From assembly GCA_002104905.1 (NCBI GenBank), contig MCFE01000192.1:72785-136784 (forward strand): a DNA stretch of 64,000 nt. The letters run 5' to 3'. The stretch is from Basidiobolus meristosporus CBS 931.73. Lineage: Eukaryota; Fungi; Basidiobolomycota. Below the pieces are notes generated by a model. That model searched no databases. It was not told where the DNA came from and was given only the letters and a program-made list of their open reading frames with translations. This document shows, one piece after another, positions 21,900-35,900 of this stretch; the stretch's first letter is position 1; each line of letters starts with the position of its first letter. The translations under genes and the position numbers were made by a program.

Positions 21900-24800
21900 A
21901 AGATTCTTGGATTCTACAATGTGATATATAAATGGTACAATTGGCCATAGCAAAAGGAAATACCATTTGATGAATTTGCATGGTAGCATTATACACCACT
22001 AGCTGTAGTCTGCGGTACTGTGGCTATAATGCAACAGATGTTGGTACTAAATCCATCAACATAGCACCATGTATTTTTCCATACATGGCATTTGAATGTA
22101 TTGGCTGGTTGGGTCAGCTCAAATTAGTAAGGGCTGCAATAAGACCATCAGAATGTCATTGAAAACCTGTTGAAGAGCCACCTAAACACTGTGCACCTTA
22201 CCTACCTATATAGCAAAAACACCATATAATCCCATCATATGATTGTAAAGAGGGTTAGCAATTCCAAGCTGCTGGCATTATAACAGCCTCATTGCAGGAT
22301 CTCAGCAGCTGATCTGAATTGAATCCACCCACCAGAACAAGTTGTTCTCATAGGTCTATAGAACCAAATGAGCAATACGTTTAGTAGTAGATAATGTCCT
22401 GTAATGCTAAAGAGGTGTCATGCTTCCAGACAATATCACCAACAGGGGCTTTGAGAGCTTGCTCCTACTTATTACTAAAGCTATTCAGGATGCAATAACC
22501 CACTTACATAATCCAGATGGACTTCTGCAGTGCAGCTAGCAAAATATCATGCTGATATTATCCTTATACTGCTATTTGTCAATAGTGACATGACATTTAT
22601 ATCAGAGAATGCCAGCATAGCAGAGTCCCAAACTTGCATCAAATCACCACCATATAAGTAAAGAATTGGTTGCATTCTGGTATATTCAATCAATACCTCT
22701 ACTTAAGAAGCTCATGCAATCCCACAAATATTGTGATTATATAGAGTACTACACTCAATAATAATCAAGTTTATACATTTCTTATAAGTTTTTTAGCAAA
22801 CATTATAAGCAGTCAACCAGTGCAATGGATGGTACTGCTCTTAGATGTGTAATATTTGGGGCACTTACTCCATTATGCACACACCCACATTGATTTTACC
22901 TCAACACCAAAGCTACAAATACCTTCTGTCTGCAGGGAAGATGTACAGAAGTCACCATGCAATTGCAATAAAGCTGGCAAGCTATAAGCCATTGGCCAGA
23001 ATACAAACTAACTGAGAATCATAGATACAGAGAATTTGATGGGGCAAACACTTTACACTGGGAAAAATGCATTTGGACCTTGTGAGAACTCAGCTACGGA
23101 TAGTTAAGTTGCACAGGGCACAGCTTAATATCAATAAGCTCTTTGAGGTGGTATTGAAGCTGGAAAGAATTCACAAAACATCTCATTGTATCTATTCCCC
23201 AGGATACATCTCAGTGACTCCAGCTAAAGCTGTTGCAACTATGTAATAATGCAAATACAGCAATTGCATGAGCTGAGTGTGTATTTAATAAAGGTATGTT
23301 GTGAAGCAATTTCTATATAGATCACAGTTTAAGCATTGAGGCTTCTATGTCAACATTGCAGGGATATTAATCACAGAGTAGCTCACTAATACCAATTTTG
23401 AGCACCTACAACTTTTGTGCAAGGAGTCTGTAATAGGATCTGAGTAGCTTTACAACAGGCACAAGCTGAAATGATAGATCTTCACCACTACTGTATCCAG
23501 ATTCTAATATGCTGTGCTTGATGTATAGAGAACATTGCCTATGCCTCACCTTTTGGAAGTTTCATATGGAGAAGATGTGTACGGAGATGGGGGAAAAGTC
23601 AGGTTCAAACACTGCAACATTTATTTGCATCTTACTATTTCCTTCAAGTCTGTCATGGGCTTAATAAACTGGCACATTTAGGATAGCCCCAGAAAATTGA
23701 AATGTAAGGAGCAAAGATGTGAGCATACTGACACATAGGCCTGTGGTGTTAGGAAGCTAGGCAGCCTCTACACATGGGTATTCAGTCATGTAGACCAAGG
23801 GTAGATTAAAACAACAAGCAACTAGTATAAGTAAGAGCAACTTCACCAAGGTTAGGCAGATATCTCCTTGGGAGAGTCAAATCACCACAGCTTTCAACAT
23901 CAAATTATTATAAAAAAGAATTATGTACATCTATAAGTTCAACTAAAGTCTAGAAGGGCAAAGTAGTATACAGTCTAAGTACTGAGAGTTATTTTGCAGA
24001 GATTTAAGAGATAATCATGGCCAAAGCAGTGGCAACCAAGTACACACCTGCAAGATGGGTATATTGCCAGCTATTCAAGATATATGACAAATTTGCCAGT
24101 ATCATACTGAATGGCTGTAAAGTCAAGGAAATACAAGTCTATTAATTGCTGCATATGTGCACACTTATAGATATTGATCAGCATGAGGCTCTAGTACCTT
24201 GCAACTATATCTGGGACTCCCATATTGTCAGTGGGTAATCTCACTTAGAGGTATGATTTACAGTGGAATATATGAGTGAGAAAAAGGAAGGTAAGTAAGT
24301 TAGTTACCATCTGATAAGCAGCTATGTAGACATTTTGTAGAACCAGCAGTAGGCTGCCAAGTTGCTGTGGTAAAGCCTATAGATGCTGGCATACAGGCTA
24401 GCAAAATGCCATTAAGATTCTTGCCTTATAAGATAACCATATTTAAAGGCTAGGTAGGTCTTGTCAGATACATCCAGGATACATTGCCTATGAAGAATTA
24501 TTGTGATGATCTCATCAAAACACTGTTGCAAAATCTGAATCCTATAACTAAGAGGTGTTGATGTCATCAGGACCTAATGCAAGCAACCATTAGAAAATTT
24601 CACCTCAGACTTCACAGAAAACTTGGTCAAAATCTTTGAGCACATCAGTATATAAGTGGCTTTTGATATGTTTTCTGTCCATTGTGTCACTTTGTGATCT
24701 TAGACACTTGATTGCCTCCAACACTTGTGTATATTGTTGGCAATTGACTTTTTTCACCCTCCTTACTTCCTGACTCAAATATTGCTCATATTTATCATTC

Positions 24801-25390
24801 ATCCAAACTTGTTTGTTTCTGTTCAGTCTTCAGTTGTCACTCAATTCCAATTTTACTGACATATAAGTCCCTATACCCAACACTAACATTAAGCCCAACC
24901 TCTCACTCATCAAGTGACTCTATTAGAATTCACTATTCAATCAGTATTTCTACCATCACACTCCTTACCCATAATTTAAGCAGGAACACTATGGCTATAT
25001 GCCAGTGTTCAATCACTGATTCTCATATGTCCTGGTATTCACCTGGCTCTGCAAGGTCTGGCATCTCAGCTGCCAGTTCTTGCACTACATCATTTCAGTA
25101 TACAAATCTATTTTCTTAAGCACTACTCTTGAAGTGCTTCAACCTCTTGGGTGCCTATTAAGGTTCCAAAATTTCACCGTAGGAATTATCATTGTCTTCT
25201 GAGTCCTTCATGATGTTGCTTTGTCTGTTGGCAGGATCTCCACTCTGACTACAATGCAGGATGTGGAGGCTGTAGTAGACAGATTGCCTGTATCTGCTAG
25301 CTCATGTATAGCACTGGAGTGCAGCTCAACTAGTGGCACTTCTAACTCTTGAGAAAGAAGCTGTTATATGGTTGCAACATGCTCCTGGTG
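21900..25390. mobile_element. Heavily degraded CACTA/CMC fragments (end A near 22355, transposase pieces 22700-24480, end B from 24486)
   Basis: Patchy homology to copy A, with internal deletions. Confidence 0.7.
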
Positions 25391-27719
25391 TTTAGCTGCA
25401 GGACACTTCCCTATGAAAAATAATTTGGTCCTGTGGGTGGATCCAATCAGGATCAGCTGTTAGGATCCCATTAAGGGACCATCATAATACCAGCAGCTTG
25501 GAATTAGTGACCCTCTTAACAATCTTATGACATGATCACAACAGCATTTGCTAATTTTCCTACAAAATAAAGTGTTAAAACTTGATAGGGCTTGATTGGT
25601 GCTGTGACAATAATTGCATGTATTGTTGTGGTCTTATTGCGCTCTACAACTATTGTAAATGGATCCAACTGGCCAGGTTATCTAATTGCATTATATGGCA
25701 AGATATTTCAAAGTATCTTAGTGATCTCTAAACAAAACTCTGATAGTATTATATCAGCAGTATGGCAGCCTACAGCTAGCTCAGTATAATGCTACCATAC
25801 TAATTTACCAAATGGAATTTTCAATTTCTACCTCCCCTTGTGCAGTTTATATACTCCACCATAGAATCACCACTCTTTATTTGCTTACCCACTACTACCT
25901 TGGGTATTCCACATATAGCTTGAATCAAAAAAACTATGACCTCCTGCTCACTAACCTCTACAAATGAGCACTCCTGCTGCAATTGATATACTTCAATCAC
26001 CTCAACTTTACAGCTTTTTAGTGTGATACTTGCCAAGTTGCCATATACCTTGTACTGCTGGTAACATATACATCTTGCAAACATATGCTTGGTTGTGTGA
26101 CTTCTGCCATGAATACCTCCTGACTATCCACAAAGAACTTCTTGGTATTTAGCCAATTTATTCATTCTCCCTGCTGGATTCTAGTCCCCCTTATGGGTGT
26201 GCTCTGGCACTTGCTTGTGTGGATTCCAAATTGCATGGTGTAGAAGTTGGCTTATGACCAGGAGAAATCTGGCATACCTTGGTAGAGTTTACCTAATATA
26301 AATTAGTTGCTTGTGGCACCCAACCCAACTTTGCATTACTTAACTGAATACCCACACCTTGGGGCTGCTTATCTTCTTAATGCCATAGGCATATGTATCT
26401 CCATGTGCACATCTGTCCTGAGTATTTTCCAACTCCTCCTGGCTGTCCTTCATGTGCCAACACATCACATCCATGACAGACTTGAAGGTAATATTCTTGA
26501 TGAGATTGGGATATGATAGTACCTGCAACTTGGCTTGTTTTCATATCTCCCCACACAACCGCTCCATAGGAAACTCCCAAAAGGTGAAGCAAGGCCCAAT
26601 ATTATCCACACACTGTGCAAGATGGAGTAGAGAATGGATACAGTAGTGATAGAGATCTATGCATTCAGCTTTATATTTGTAGTATGGCCACTCAAATCCC
26701 ATTAAAAACTCCTTGCACAACAGCTCTAGATGTGTCAAGTTAGGATTGGTGATCTGCTTCTGGATAGTTATTCCTACAGTGTCCACATATAACTCCCAAT
26801 GCTGCCAATGTACTCTTGGTAGAAATGGCTTCAGAACACCACTTTAATAAATACATATCTAGTTCATCTAGTTGTTGCATTTGTATTGTTGCATATGCAT
26901 ATGAATATTGATTGGAGCCTGTGAGAAGTACTAAGGGTAGTGGATACTCTATAATATCTTGCCAGTTCTTTCAAATTTCTCCAGCATCTTGAAGGGCTCA
27001 TATAGCTTAAAATGCCCCATGTACAACTTGGTCATCAGTATAGGGATATTGTTGAAAAGCAAGTGCATTGCTCCCAGTGGAAAGCCTTAGCTCTGACAGA
27101 TACCCTCAATGTCTAGTATATCTGGTTTCCAATTGATTCCATATTTCAGCCAATGGCTTATAGCTTGTCTACTTTGCTGCAATTGCATGCTGACTTCTGT
27201 TTGTTCTCTCTGTGGAAAGATAATGTTCTTGGTGTTGGTCTTTAGGTAATAATAATGTGTGAGTTAAGGAGTATATCCTGGATCTCACACATTCAACAGC
27301 AATACCATCCATTGTGCCCAAAAAACCTGCTATATTGCTGATGGCTGGGGTATTTCCAATGCAGATAATAATATGCACTTTTACATGACAGTCATTTACT
27401 GTTATCCTACTGAAAAGCATACAAAATTCATCCAGTAATGGATACAGGTAGCTATCCAGGTTGGAGAGTGATTTAGGCCCAGATACCAGAGAGACTACCA
27501 TCAGATTATTGCTCTAATACTGTAAGATGGGTGGAGGATTCAGATTGATGAGAATCAGTGGCCAGCAGGATTTGCATGTAGAGTACTTGTTTAATGGCAA
27601 TCCATCAAGTGCTAAGGCAAAGGCATGGTCATACATACCTTCAAAGTAGCCCTTGCTTCTTAGCTGTTTGTAATGTTTGCCATCAAATATATTGGATATA
27701 TTTGCACTTGATTGATACT

Positions 27720-28450
27720 AGACATGTTCCATTGGATAGTGCCACACTGAGCCATGAGTACCAAATGATGCCATAGTGTGCCAGGGAGGCAAAATGAACC
27801 TATACTTGGCCACAGAGTGTGAAACAGAGCTCTGCATCTTCATGTAAAGCAGCCCTTGTGTTTCACCTATGACACAGGCAAAAGTCCATTTTTGACCTTT
27901 TTTTTTAGGTCAATGTTGTGCAGGATGTGTAAGAGCACAGAAGAACTGAAGACATGCATCAGGTATTCAATACCCATGGCACTCAGAATCTAACTCCTGT
28001 GGCTTGTAACATGTCACAAAAATACATGGCACTATCTTGGTCCACTGGGACTATCTGGCACTATATTTAATTATTAGCCCTAAAGTAAGATCTATACAAA
28101 GCACTTATAGTGCCAGAAAGTCCCAGTGGACCAAGATAGTGCCATGAATTTTTGTGACATGTTACAAGCCACAGGAGTTAGATTCAGAGTACCATGGGTA
28201 TTGAGTACCTGATGCATGTCTTCAATGCTTTTATGCTCTTACACATCCTGCACAACATTGACCTAAAAAAAAGGTCAAAAATGGATTTTCTCCAACACTA
28301 TGGGTGAAACACAGGGGCTGATTTGCATGAAGATGTAGATTTATGTTTCACACATTGTGGCCAAGAATATGCTTATTTGGCCTCCCTGGCACACTATGGC
28401 ATCATTTGGCGCTCATGGCTCAATGTGGCACTATCCAACAGAACAAGTCT
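27720..28450. mobile_element. 731-bp foldback/MITE-like palindrome of a PHIS-type family, TSD ACT
   Basis: Arms 27720-28065 and 28106-28450 are inverted repeats around a 40-bp spacer, with termini AGAC...GTCT. ACT flanks both sides, and the host site GAT-ACT-GAGTG is uninterrupted near 59644-59654. Confidence 0.9.
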
Positions 28451-29530
28451 ACTGAGTGCAGTACTGTATAGCTTTGCTATATTAGTTGAGCTGCATCAGC
28501 TTCCTCAGACAGGGTAATATTGGAGTATATCCAGAGTGTGAACAATGTTTTCCCTCAATTGTGGTGGATTCCTGACAATTTGGACACATTGCAATGGTAA
28601 CATTTTTGGATGTGAATGCTATCAACTGTTAACACATGCTGGAATCAGGACAGTCTCTGGATCATATGTTGCCAGCTGCATGATGGTTGTCCACTTGTAC
28701 CATGTACATGGTAAGTTGCATTCCAGAATGATTTAGGCAAGAAGTAGCAGTAAATCCCCAAAGCCCACATTACTGATATTAGCAGAAATACATCACTTCT
28801 CCAGTCACAGCATTACATCACTCACCAGTAGATGGATTACTGGGCTCACTTAGCTCCATAAAGTATCCTTGGCATTTGTTTCAACAGGTGTTGTCTCATT
28901 GCATATTAGAATCTGACTGGGCTCATAAGTGGTACTGTTGCTGGGGAGATAGGCTCACAATCCATCAGTGAACCTTCTTTGTCAGAGCTATCACTCTGTG
29001 TACCATATTCAGAAGGCGGAGGCAAGCCTAAAGGCATCACACACTCACCTGACTCAGTTTGCGTAATGTGACAAAGACAGCCTGGTGCCAATGTAGAAGT
29101 ATCAACTGGCCGGCAAGTTAATGTAGGTACAGTAGTGACCAATGAATGGTCAAATATGACTTGTGTAGCAAAACACTGGCTGTGATCCTTGTAATACTTT
29201 CTATGCTGTCTGCGTGCTTCATTGCTGGGTGGCTAGCTACAATAGCCATAAAGTCATTATTCTCTTCTCTTTCAGCATTGAGTCAAAGTAGTCTTGTCCA
29301 TGGGGCAAACAGCTCAACATTCAATAATGTAACACTTTTATATCACTTTTTGGTCAATACTCATGTGAATTTGGGACATTGTACCTATAGAGTAAGCATT
29401 TTGACTAAAGTTGTGGCACCACATACACATGTATATATAACACTATTTCCCCTTTGGTTTGACACACTTCCATATATATGCCACCAAAAAATAAAGCAAA
29501 GTTGTCTGGTTTCTAACTAAACCCCACCAC

Positions 29531-31490
29531 TGATGGCAAAAGAACAACAATGAGACCACAACTTGCTTTGACATTCAGTGCAACAAGCAGGGCTACATCC
29601 AAAAAAGAACATGTTTACAGTGTGCCCACTGAAGGTAATAATGCGGACGCCTCAGGCTCTCAGTCAAGTAGGTAATTGAGAACCTCTGCAGAGCCACAAG
29701 CTGACTGTTATGCCCAGGCAGATGAGAATGTAGCAAACACAGTCCCCTCAGTTGAAGACCTGCAAGTGGCTGTCATAACATCACCACCACCAACATTAGC
29801 AAGTATGTTGTTGGCTCACACCAAAGCATTAATGAAGCAATTAGATGCAGTGGCTGACAGGATAAATGCAATGGCGTAGAGAAGTCATAAAATAACCCAG
29901 AAACAGAATGAGCAGATAATATGTGTAGTGCAATCAATATCCCTGGTAGAGAAAGCAGTATCTTTGCTGCAAAGAAGGAACTCAAGTATGTCAACGTCAC
30001 AGCCAAGAATTGAGCCATTTCCCAATGTAACAGCAGAGGAACACTGTAGAGCCTTTTAAGCAAAACAACAGTCTTTGAAGCAAAACAACAGTGCCAAAAG
30101 ATAAGGCCACAGAAAAGCCTATCACAGCATGGGAGGGAGACAATGTGGTGTTTATACCAAACCCTAAAAATCAAAAGACATTGAAGATCCATGAAGCCGC
30201 TGAGTGCAATAATGAAGAGTGGGCAAATACTCAAAAGTCCATCAGAAGTCTAGCATGCCATCACCTTAAGGCTGGCAAACCATGGGACCACCAGGAACTC
30301 AAGGCCAAGCAGAATGCACTTGACTTGTTCCATGAGCATTATCCTGGATTCAAACAGGCAAGTGGATTTTGGACCAGCATTGGTATGCTAAAAAAGTATC
30401 TTAAGAGTAGCAGAAACTATCAAAGGCAGAAGAACAAGGGTACCATGGCTAAATACCAGCGGCTTCCTCAAGAGCCTGTTACAAGCAGAACCAAAAGCTC
30501 CGGACAAGTGTCAAAGAGATGTCAGGTAGCTGGAAGAGTGCCAATTAGGGACAAGCAGGCAAACACAGATGCACCAGGACAACATTTATCAAGGAAAAAG
30601 CTTAGTACCACTCAACAAGCCCTCAGTGAAAGTAGCAGTGAAGGGCTGGCAGTGATAAAACCAGTGGCTTTTACAGGAGCCTGTCACAACTACAGTTGAG
30701 AGCTCAAAACAAGCAGAAAAAAAACATCAGTTTACGGGAAGAGTGCCAACAAGGGACAAGCTGGCCAAAACAGATGTGTCAGAGCAGAATTTATCAAGGA
30801 GAAAATGTAGTTCATTACAAGAAGCACTCAGACAAAGTATCAATGAAAGACCTGGCAGTGATTAAGGAAAAGGTAAAGGGAAAAATGTATACCAAAGCCT
30901 GAAACAGGGAGGCACGCAAAAAAAACTGCAGTTCTTGCCAATTAACACTGCAAGCCTTATTCAAACTGAATCCTTTCATAGCCAAGAAAATTACCAGCAG
31001 GAAAGAAACTGTTTTCACAAGAGTTGGAAGCACAGCCAGTTGGGCTACACCTCAGCAAGATAGATGAGTTTGCAGAACAAGGCAATATGTCTACCACAGC
31101 CTCCACATCCTCCATTGCTGACAGAGTCAAGATCCCAATGACAGACAAGGCTACAACTTCAAAAACTCAAAAGACTATCACAATGTCTTCAGTAAAATTT
31201 TGGAACATCATAGGAATACTAAGAGATTGCAGCACTTCTTCAAGAGCAGTGCTTCAAAAAATTCACTTGAATATTGCAAGGATTTATTGCCAAGACTGGC
31301 AGATGAGGTGCTAGACCATGCAGTGCTGGCTGGAGACCCAGACTTGTGGTGACCAGTTAATCAACAGCGGCATAAAGCCATTGGGATTCTGCCAAAGTCA
31401 TGGAACCAGAGTGTTACAGCAGAAATACTTATTGAGTGGTGGATTTTAATGGTTTTACTTATTGAGTGTGGCATTGGGCTTCATGTTTGT
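29531..31490 (+). pseudogene. Accessory gene of CACTA copy B (roughly 650 codons, uncharacterised), least-decayed copy
   Basis: ORF fragments 29676-29879, 30091-30699 (202 aa), 30696-30902 and 31024-31314. The same gene recurs in copy A and at about 49640-50200. Start and stop are approximate. Confidence 0.6.
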
Positions 31491-31819
31491 GTAGAGTATA
31501 GGGACTTACATAGGTCAATACAATTGGCATTTGAGCTACAACAGAAGTTTCAATGGAAATAAATAAATTGCACACATGAAAAGTAAGAGAAGCGGTTGAG
31601 TCAGGAAGTAATGAGTATGAAAAAGAGGCAATAGCCAATCAATACACACAAACATAGGAGGTGAAAGAATGTCCAGGATCAGAAAGTTTACAAACTGGTA
31701 GGGAACCAATCAAAAGCAACTTACACATTGTTGTGATAAATATTTTTGACTAAGTTTCTTGTGAAATCTGGGGAACAATTATTTTTGAATGGACTCTGGA
31801 TGGTGCACTGAAAAAATAG

Positions 31820-32504
31820 AGTACTGTACTCAGTATCTATCAAGTGGAAAAATTACAAACAGCTACAAAGCAAAGGCTACTTTGCATATATGCATGACCA
31901 TTCCTTTGCGTTAGTGCTTGATGGATCTTCAGCAAGCTAGTACTCCACCTGCAAATGCTGTTGTCCACTGATTCTCATCAACCTGAATCAGTTTCCAATT
32001 TTATTATAGCAAAGCAGAAGTTCTATAGTTGTCTCTGGTATCTGGGCCTAAATCACCACCTAATCTGGATAGTTACCTGTATACATTCTTGGGGGATGTT
32101 GCATGCTTTACACCAGGACACTGGCAAATGGCCATTATATCAAAGTATGTGTTATTGCATGCATTGGAGACCCCCCATCCATCATCAAGACAACTAACTT
32201 TTTTGAGCATAATGAATGGTATTGCTGTGAATTGCATGAGATTCAGTGCAGTTGCTTCATAACTCATCCCTTGATATTATACAAATACCAATACTAAGAA
32301 CATAACTTTCCCACAAAGAGAATGCGCAAAAGTCAGCATGCAATTGCAGCAAGGTGACAAGCTTTAAGCCATTGGCCAGATTATGAAATTTATCAAAAAC
32401 TAGAGATACTTACAGCAGAGGAGATCTGTTAGAGCATAAGTTTCCACAGAGAGCAATGCCCTTGCTCTCCAACAATATGCCTACTCTAATGACCAAACTA
32501 TACT
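31820..32504 (+). mobile_element. CACTA transposase fragment
   Basis: Reads VSGPKSPPNLDSYLY and IACIGDPPSIIK; collinear with 17290-17800. Confidence 0.75.
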
Positions 32505-32915
32505 TGTTATCAACATTTGTCATACACCTAGATGTTCACCTGACTCAGTCATTACTTGCAGCTCTTTGTAAATACCAACCAAATCTCTTGTAGGGATTTA
32601 GAATATTTTGTCCAAAACATCAGATACCCATATTACAAAATTTCTCAAAGTTATCTAAACCACCCCAAGCATTGCTCATATGCTCCTGGGACCTTCCTAA
32701 AAATACTTGAAATGTTTTTTATTGCAAGACCATGCAGATGTATAAATACTACTTTACATCAGATAAATGAGTTCCACATAATCTAATAGCTCTCCCAAAC
32801 ACTTCCAATATCTCCAAGACTCTCAGACAGAGTATGGACCCAAACCTGTGACTCTCTGCAATGGTGACTACTGCCATATTTGAATTTCCCCTCTGCTGAA
32901 AATTTGATTTGATCT

Positions 32916-35900
32916 TGTTGTAAAAATTTGTACTTCCACCTAAATATTCACCTAACTTAGTCACTTAGATCATTTTCTTCAAATCCTAGAGAATGCCTAC
33001 CAAATTCCTTGTTGGGATTTGCTTAGAATATTTTCACCAAAATGCCAGGTACCCACAACATGAGAATTCTCAAAGTTGTCCAAACAGCCCCAAATTTTGC
33101 ACAAATGTTCTTGGGACCTTGCTCAGCCTATTCTACATGTTTTTAATGCTAAGACCATGTAAAAGTATAAATACTACTTTTACATTCAATAAGTAATTAA
33201 GTGAAAGCCACATAATCTACTTGTCCTCCCAATCACTTCTAATATCTCCAAGACTCTTACAACAGGTTATGAGCCACAAGCTGTCACTCTCTGCAATGTC
33301 TACTACTGCTAATACTGGAATTTTACCCTCTGCTGAAAAGTTGGAAGGATCTAACTACCAAGTGAGAAGGTGAAGATGAAAATGCTGCTACAAGAAAGAG
33401 ACCTTTGGAATATTGTCATGGGAGAAAAATGCCCTCCTAAAAATGTGGGAGGGGAAGCCTTAAAGTACCAGAAGAAAGAACAAATTGCCTTTAACTGCAT
33501 TTGCCTCAATGTTAAGGACAGATTGATAATTGAATGCTCAAGAGCAAATATGGCCAAGAATGCCTTCCAGGCATTAGAAGACACCTACCAGTCATGTTCA
33601 GCTGCTAAGAAAATGTATCTGAGACAAAAATTCTTTACTATGAAGATGCTGCCAGGAGAAGAAATGAAAAATCTAATTGACAGAATTACCCTGCTGGTAG
33701 ATGAAGTGGAATCTGTGGGCATACCAACTACTGATGAGGATGTAATAGTTATCATCCTGAATAGCCTGACAGATGATTTTCAGGGCCTGTATCAACCCTA
33801 GAGTCCAGAACTGAAGATTTGATCTTATATTACGCATATGGAAGGCTCCTGGATGAAGAATTAAGAAAATCAAGCGCCAATAAAAAGGAAGAAAAATATG
33901 CTTTGATAAGCAATGATAACCAGCAAAGGAGGCACCCAAGACCCTACAATGGCAACAACAATCTGTTTTGCAACTATTGCAAAAGGAAAAGACACACATT
34001 AGACTGGTGACTCAAAAAGAGATAATAAGCAAAAGAAGCCTGAATATGGAAATGCTGCAACAACTGAAGATAGACTATTCATATTTGCACTCAATATGAT
34101 CACAAACACTTGATGCAGTGGCCAAAGGAACTATCCAAGTATACCTTAGAAGCAGGGAAGGAAGCCATACACTGACCTTTAAAGAAGTACTCTGTGTACC
34201 AGAAATAGCCAAGAACCTACTATCTGTAAGCAAGGCCACAGCCGAAGGACTCAGTTTCAGCTTTGACAATTCTGGATGCCAGATCACTGATCAAAATGGT
34301 ACCCATATTATTTTGAGTATCAGACACCAGAATCTATACAAGTTGACTTATATTCCATCATATTTGAAAGCCAATATAAGTAACTTAAATGAAGAAACAC
34401 CAATACTTTGGCACAGGATATTTGGGCACATCAATTTTGATTATTTGTGCAAAATGATCAAAGATCAGCTAATTTCTGGATTAAAAATTGATCCCCCAGC
34501 TAGTTTGGAGCACTGTGAAGCCTGCATATATGGGAAACAAGCCAGACAACCGTTCAAGAGCTCTGGGTTAATTTAAACTAAGAAAAAATTAGATCTAATT
34601 CACTCAGATCTGTGTGGACCTATGCAAAATTTATCATTAGGTGGAATGAAGTATTTAATCACTTTTATTGATGATTATACAAGACACATGTGGGACTACT
34701 TCATGGAGAGAAAGGAGGAAGCTCTGTCTAGGTTCAGGGAGTCTAAAGCCATGGTGGAGAGAGAAACTGGTGAAAAAATCAAGGAAATTTGCTCTGACAA
34801 TGGTTGAGCATATACCTCAAAACTCTTCATCCACTTCTGCATAATTCATGGGATAAAGCAAGAGACTACTGTACCATACTCCCCACAGCAAAATGGAGTA
34901 GCAGAATGTGCTAACAGATCAGTAACTCATATGGCAAAACCTATGATCCATGATCAAAAATTATTCTATGATTTTTGGGTGGAATCAGTTGCTAGAGCTG
35001 TACACCTTGAAAATAGGAGTTATAACGGAATGCTTTGTGATTAAACTCCATTTGATGCATGGAATGGACACAGGCCAAGTGCAGAACATCTAAGAATATA
35101 TGGGTGTACAGTATATGCCAAGAAACTGCCCTCAAATCAGTCAAATTTGAGTCAAAAAGTGTAGATGCATATTTTTGGGCTACCGCAATGAGAGTAAAGC
35201 ATACAGACTCTACAATACCAAAGCAAAGAAGCTAATCAAGTCCAGGGATGTGTTGTCTGATGAATATTCAAAATTTTCACAAAAAATGCCGTTAGATGAT
35301 GACAAAAATCTGATCTCAAGTCCACCAATTGTCAGGATTGAGTCAGAGCAAAACAATGAAACTTTTTTGCTCCAGAGGACTCTACAACCATGGTTCAGCC
35401 AGGATCGGTGCCCTGGAATATCCCAGATGTTATTATTCCAGTATCAAATGGCCAGAGATCCACTTGGAAAGAAATAGCCCAAATTGCTATATCAATGAGT
35501 GTACAAACTTAGCCTATGCCTATTTGGTCCATATTGATGAGCCCCAGACTATAAAAGAGGCCCTAAATAGCCCTCAGACAAAGTTTTGGGGATATGCAAT
35601 GACTGACAAATATCAGGCCCTGATGGAAATTCAAACTTGGACTTAGTCAAATTACCTATCAACCAAAAACCAATTGGATGCAGATGGGTCTTCAAGACAA
35701 AATACAAGGCCAATGGTACAATTGAAAGATACAAAGCAAGCCCTGTGGCCAAAGGATACTCTCAAACAAAAGAACCTGACTATACTGAGACCTTTGCACC
35801 AGTAGCCAAGTTTAATTCCATTTCATTAATATTGGCTATTGCAGTCAAATGGATGTAAAAACTGCATATTCAAATGGAGAACTTGATAAGGACATGTAGA

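Larger units (their letters stand above)
25409..31800 (-). mobile_element. CACTA/CMC copy B (inverted relative to A; end A intact, end B truncated), containing a foldback insertion
   Basis: Starts CCCTATGAAAAATAATTTGGTCC. Transposase motifs are on - (GPCFTFWEFPMERLCGEI, VSGPKSLSNLDSYLYPLLDEF); the accessory gene is on +. Confidence 0.85.
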
